Shown here: in pieces, positions 60,416-64,000 of the stretch
Layout of the letters: each line of letters begins with the position of its first letter
Position numbering within the stretch: the first letter of the stretch is position 1
From: Octopus sinensis
Taxonomy: Eukaryota
Assembly (NCBI RefSeq): GCF_006345805.1
Contig: NC_042998.1
Location: forward strand, 175,026,001-175,090,000
Length of the DNA stretch: 64,000 nucleotides
Direction of reading: 5' to 3'
Made by a program: the position numbers and the translations under genes
Notes under the pieces: generated by a model
What the model saw: the letters and a program-made list of their open reading frames with translations, nothing else
Databases searched by the model: none
Told to the model about the DNA's origin: nothing

Positions 60416-62942
60416 CTATAAAGAATGTCATTTTGTAATTAAGAAGTAATGTGTGTGTGTGTGTGTGTGTGTCTGTCTGTGTCCATGCTCATGCATATGT
60501 ATTCATTTCCTTTTCTTGACATTGTGCGATATTTGTCAACTAATATCACCGTAATACAAGTGCAACCTTATGTGATTTGCTTTCATATTTGAAAGACCAG
60601 GGGGGAAATATTACGCTGCCTGGAAAAAAAATGGAAGTAGGTAAAAGAAAGGGCATCTGACCCTAGAAAATCTGTCATAGTGAATTTTGTCTGACCCATA
60701 TAAGCATGGAAAAGTGAATGGTGGTGATGATGATATATATAAATAAAATGTATGTATATATCTTTTGCTAATGTATATTGAGAAAATACATAAACATCAT
60801 CAAAAAAGTCAAAAGATTGATGATTTACAAATGAAGTTTAAGTCATTCCATATTCAATTAGACATTCTTTTATCTCTCTCACTGTCAAATATACAGTGAA
60901 CCTACAATTGGCTTGCTTGGACCTATTCATCAATGATGCTTTCTGTCACAAAGTCTAATATATAAAAAAAATAACACAGGTATTTATGACTGACTTTAAC
61001 TCTGTTGTCACTCGTAAAATAAAATGGTAACCATGGGTGCCAAAGAAAAATTTATTATTATTATTATTATTGTTGTTGTTGTTGTTATGGTCATTTCATC
61101 TTTTTACCTGTCTGGATCTGTAGGAAAGGTTTACATACTTGAGACTAATTTTCATTCTTTATTGATTATAAATAATAGAATTGATCCACTTCATAATTAA
61201 TAAACATTTTTTAAATCTGTGCATAACTTCTAGATGTCTAAGTGATGAGTTAAATAAACCTTTAAGGTATCTGATTTGGTGTCTCACATAGCTATTGGTG
61301 TTGTTAGTAGAGGTGGGTGGTAGATGTTTTAAGAGACAGTTTAATGATATAATAAAATTCATTACAATACTAGGCCATCACCTTTGTGTGATAGGCTGGC
61401 AAAATGTTACCTAATTAGTCTCCTGTATATTGCCACTCATCTTTCTTGATTAGTTTGGGCACTAATTTCCATCTTATCAAAGAGCAGTTAGCATTTCACC
61501 AGGTTGTTTATTGGGCTAGTTTGTCATGCTCCCTAATCTCATGTTCATCCCAACCTGCCTTGTCTAGCATTGATAGTATTTTATGTCTTTAACATTTGAC
61601 ATCAATATTAAATAATTAAGTTTTTATCACTTATTTTCCTCTCATAAATCTACATCAGCAGTAATGGCAATCTTGAGCAATTAAGGTGTTTTGCAATAAA
61701 AATGGTATAAATTAGCTTCTTTTGAACAAGATGAACTATGTTACATAAATTGCCAGGAGGTTTTTGTTGCCTTTTCTGTGAGCATATTTGACTTGATACT
61801 TGTAAATTAACAAAACAGTCAGAAGTCAATAAAGAAGGTTGGATGCAATTGTTCAGCCTGCTAGCAAAAGCAGTGTAGTCTCTTTCAAACTAACTTTTAC
61901 CATTATAAAAATTAAATAAATATATTGTGAAGCTCAATATGCCTGAAGGAAGAAGAATGGAAAGTTGGTTATATAACAACCAGAATGTTGGTTTTATGGT
62001 AAAAAATTCAACATAATCACTAGGATTTATAAGTACACTCCTAAACAAGATGAAAGCATTAAATTATCTATTGCTAGGTCTTTGGATTACAGCCAAATGT
62101 TCAGTCAGATCCCCTTTTTGATCAGGGATTAGCAGGAATATAGTTATAACATCAAGGAGCCATAAGTTAGTTCTACTGTACCTTATAGAATCACAATTAG
62201 CCAAATAGATAATGGGGAGAAAATCACTTGCTGAAAGTCAATGATTTGTGTTGTTACTATATTGTCTTCATACACAACTCTGTTAACTCTTCCTAGCTCA
62301 TTCAGCTTAGCTGTTAATAGATGTTGTTGATAGGTACTCATCACTATGAAGATTATGTCTCTGTGCATAATTGTTGGCTTACAGTAGGACTGAGAGAAAA
62401 CAACATGAAGTTGCTATATAGTATTCAACCTCAGACTATTCTGAAATTTTCTTGATCATTTTTACCTTTGGATCTGAGTTCTTGCTCTAATTATGAGATG
62501 CTACAAGTGGCTAGTGCATCCCTGTCCATCTTATGTTAAACTCATTAACAATGGATAGGAAAAGCAGAAGGTGTGAAGTACCTGATTCCAGAACCTCCAA
62601 GACTAGTTGGAAGTAAAAGTAGATGTTATTCTCAGACTAGCTGCAACAAAAAGGACTCTGCTAAAGTCACCCAAGGGCCAGGTGAAAATGTTAAACTGGA
62701 TGACAGTTAAAACTAGTGAATTATAATAACTGATGATGCCTATGCTTGCTAGGAAGGGTATCTTTGTGAAACATACTGTTGGTTACTCTCTCCATGTATC
62801 TAAAAACACTTCTATCCTGACTTCTCTGATAACTGTTCTAGCATAGGCAGTATCTACACTGCTATTCCAAACATTTCTTTCACAAGGGAAGACATCTTTC
62901 TATCATTCAATAATTAGTATCTTTGGTTTTGAACAGTATTTC

Positions 62943-63437
62943 TTAACCCTTTCGTTACTATATTTCTGACCAAAATACACCCCTCATGAGTTTCAATTAA
63001 ATTCTAAAATAATCATGAATCTAGGCTTGTTTCATTAAATAACTGTAACTTTTTTACTTATCAACATATTAATGTGATATTTGGAACATAATTAAAGAAA
63101 GGGTTCTTAATCAATTCTATTGCATAACTTTTGTCTCAAAGTGACTTTAATTACAGGTAAATCCAGGTAAATTGAGCAAAAGGTAAAAATATTAAAATTT
63201 TGTTTAAACATCTCCATAGAAAATGAATCATCAGCTAATATCCAAATGGGTACGCAACAAAATTTTGAAAAAGAAGAATTGTGCACATCACTATATCATC
63301 AGTTGAATTTAATGCACAACAGGTGTACCATAAAGGTGGAATAAAGTGAAATACTGGAATCCACCGCAAGTTTGACCGAACTAAAGAAATCGGTCAAAAA
63401 ATAATATACGGCCCTGGTTATGGTATGGAAGTGATAA
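62943..63437 (+). mobile_element. TTAA-starting piggyBac-type non-autonomous element (right end uncertain)
   Basis: Begins TTAA-ccctttcgttac, the same TIR type as 32303-32530. Possible decayed right end ggtatggaagtgataa. Confidence 0.5.
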
Positions 63438-63438
63438 A

Positions 63439-63717
63439 TTCCAGACCACATCGTTCCCTAGGCCATGCTGACTAACATTATTTTCCCTGTATAAAAACTA
63501 AATCCACGCAGTACCCAGTATTTGCTTCACAAATTTTCTGAAATTTGAACCCCCATTTTGTGTTTGTTTACATTTTGCGTAAGTTTGTTTCTGCATTGAT
63601 CGCTTCAAACAATAACTTCCAGACCACATCATACCCTAAGCCATGCTGACTAACATTAGTTTCCCTGTATAAAAACTAAATCCACAACAGTACCCAGTAT
63701 TTGCTTCACAAATTTTC
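63439..63717 (+). repeat. About 100-bp direct repeat (63439-63538 and 63617-63717), about 94% identical
   Basis: ttccagaccacatc...ccatgctgactaacatta.tttccctgtataaaaactaaatccac..cagtacccagtatttgcttcacaaattttc occurs twice. Confidence 0.93.
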
Positions 63718-64000
63718 CAATTCGGAATCAATGCTTGATAACATGAAACTCCAATCCATTTTCAAAGTTGAAGAAAAATCGATGCCGAAAAAAATGTGGA
63801 AAAAAATCTCCCAAAATTCAGGGAATTAAAATTACACGTCGATCGTTGTACAAAACTGTAGATGAACTGTTTACGAAGTATAATCACATGTTTTCACGAA
63901 TGTACTAAAGAGATTTGCTCTGATATTCTCATTTAAATATGAATAGGTAGCTTTGGGCGGTTTGGTCACATTAACCAAAATTTTTTTCGGGCGGTTTGGT

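Noticed and set aside
62183-62368. HRD-containing peptide suggesting a kinase catalytic loop
   Set aside because: IMHRDIIFIV lacks the following K..N motif and no other kinase subdomains are present.

Overview
AT-rich, intron-like eukaryotic DNA with no prokaryotic gene organisation. The repeat content (tRNA-headed SINEs with internal (TA)n/(CA)n tracts, RTE-type SINE/LINE debris, dense microsatellites) resembles an octopus genome; this is an inference from repeat style only. Most of the window is transposon-derived: at least four SINE-like families (A-D), RTE LINE fragments, two R4/Dong-like RLE LINE copies of different age, a decayed piggyBac transposase, TTAA-flanked MITEs, a mariner-derived MITE and a Tigger/pogo HTH remnant. 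A chain of short, phase-compatible candidate exons (+ strand, 24983-52134) suggests an unidentified large-intron gene, at low confidence. Most notable: (1) a near-full 5S rRNA copy fused to a SINE body and (GAT)n tail (521-788); (2) a 151-bp, 97% identical inverted duplication 1.7 kb apart (42398-44379); (3) two hairpins that base-pair consensus 5' splice sites (25080-25111, 54700-54735). Nearly all ORFs in the supplied track are repeat or microsatellite artefacts.
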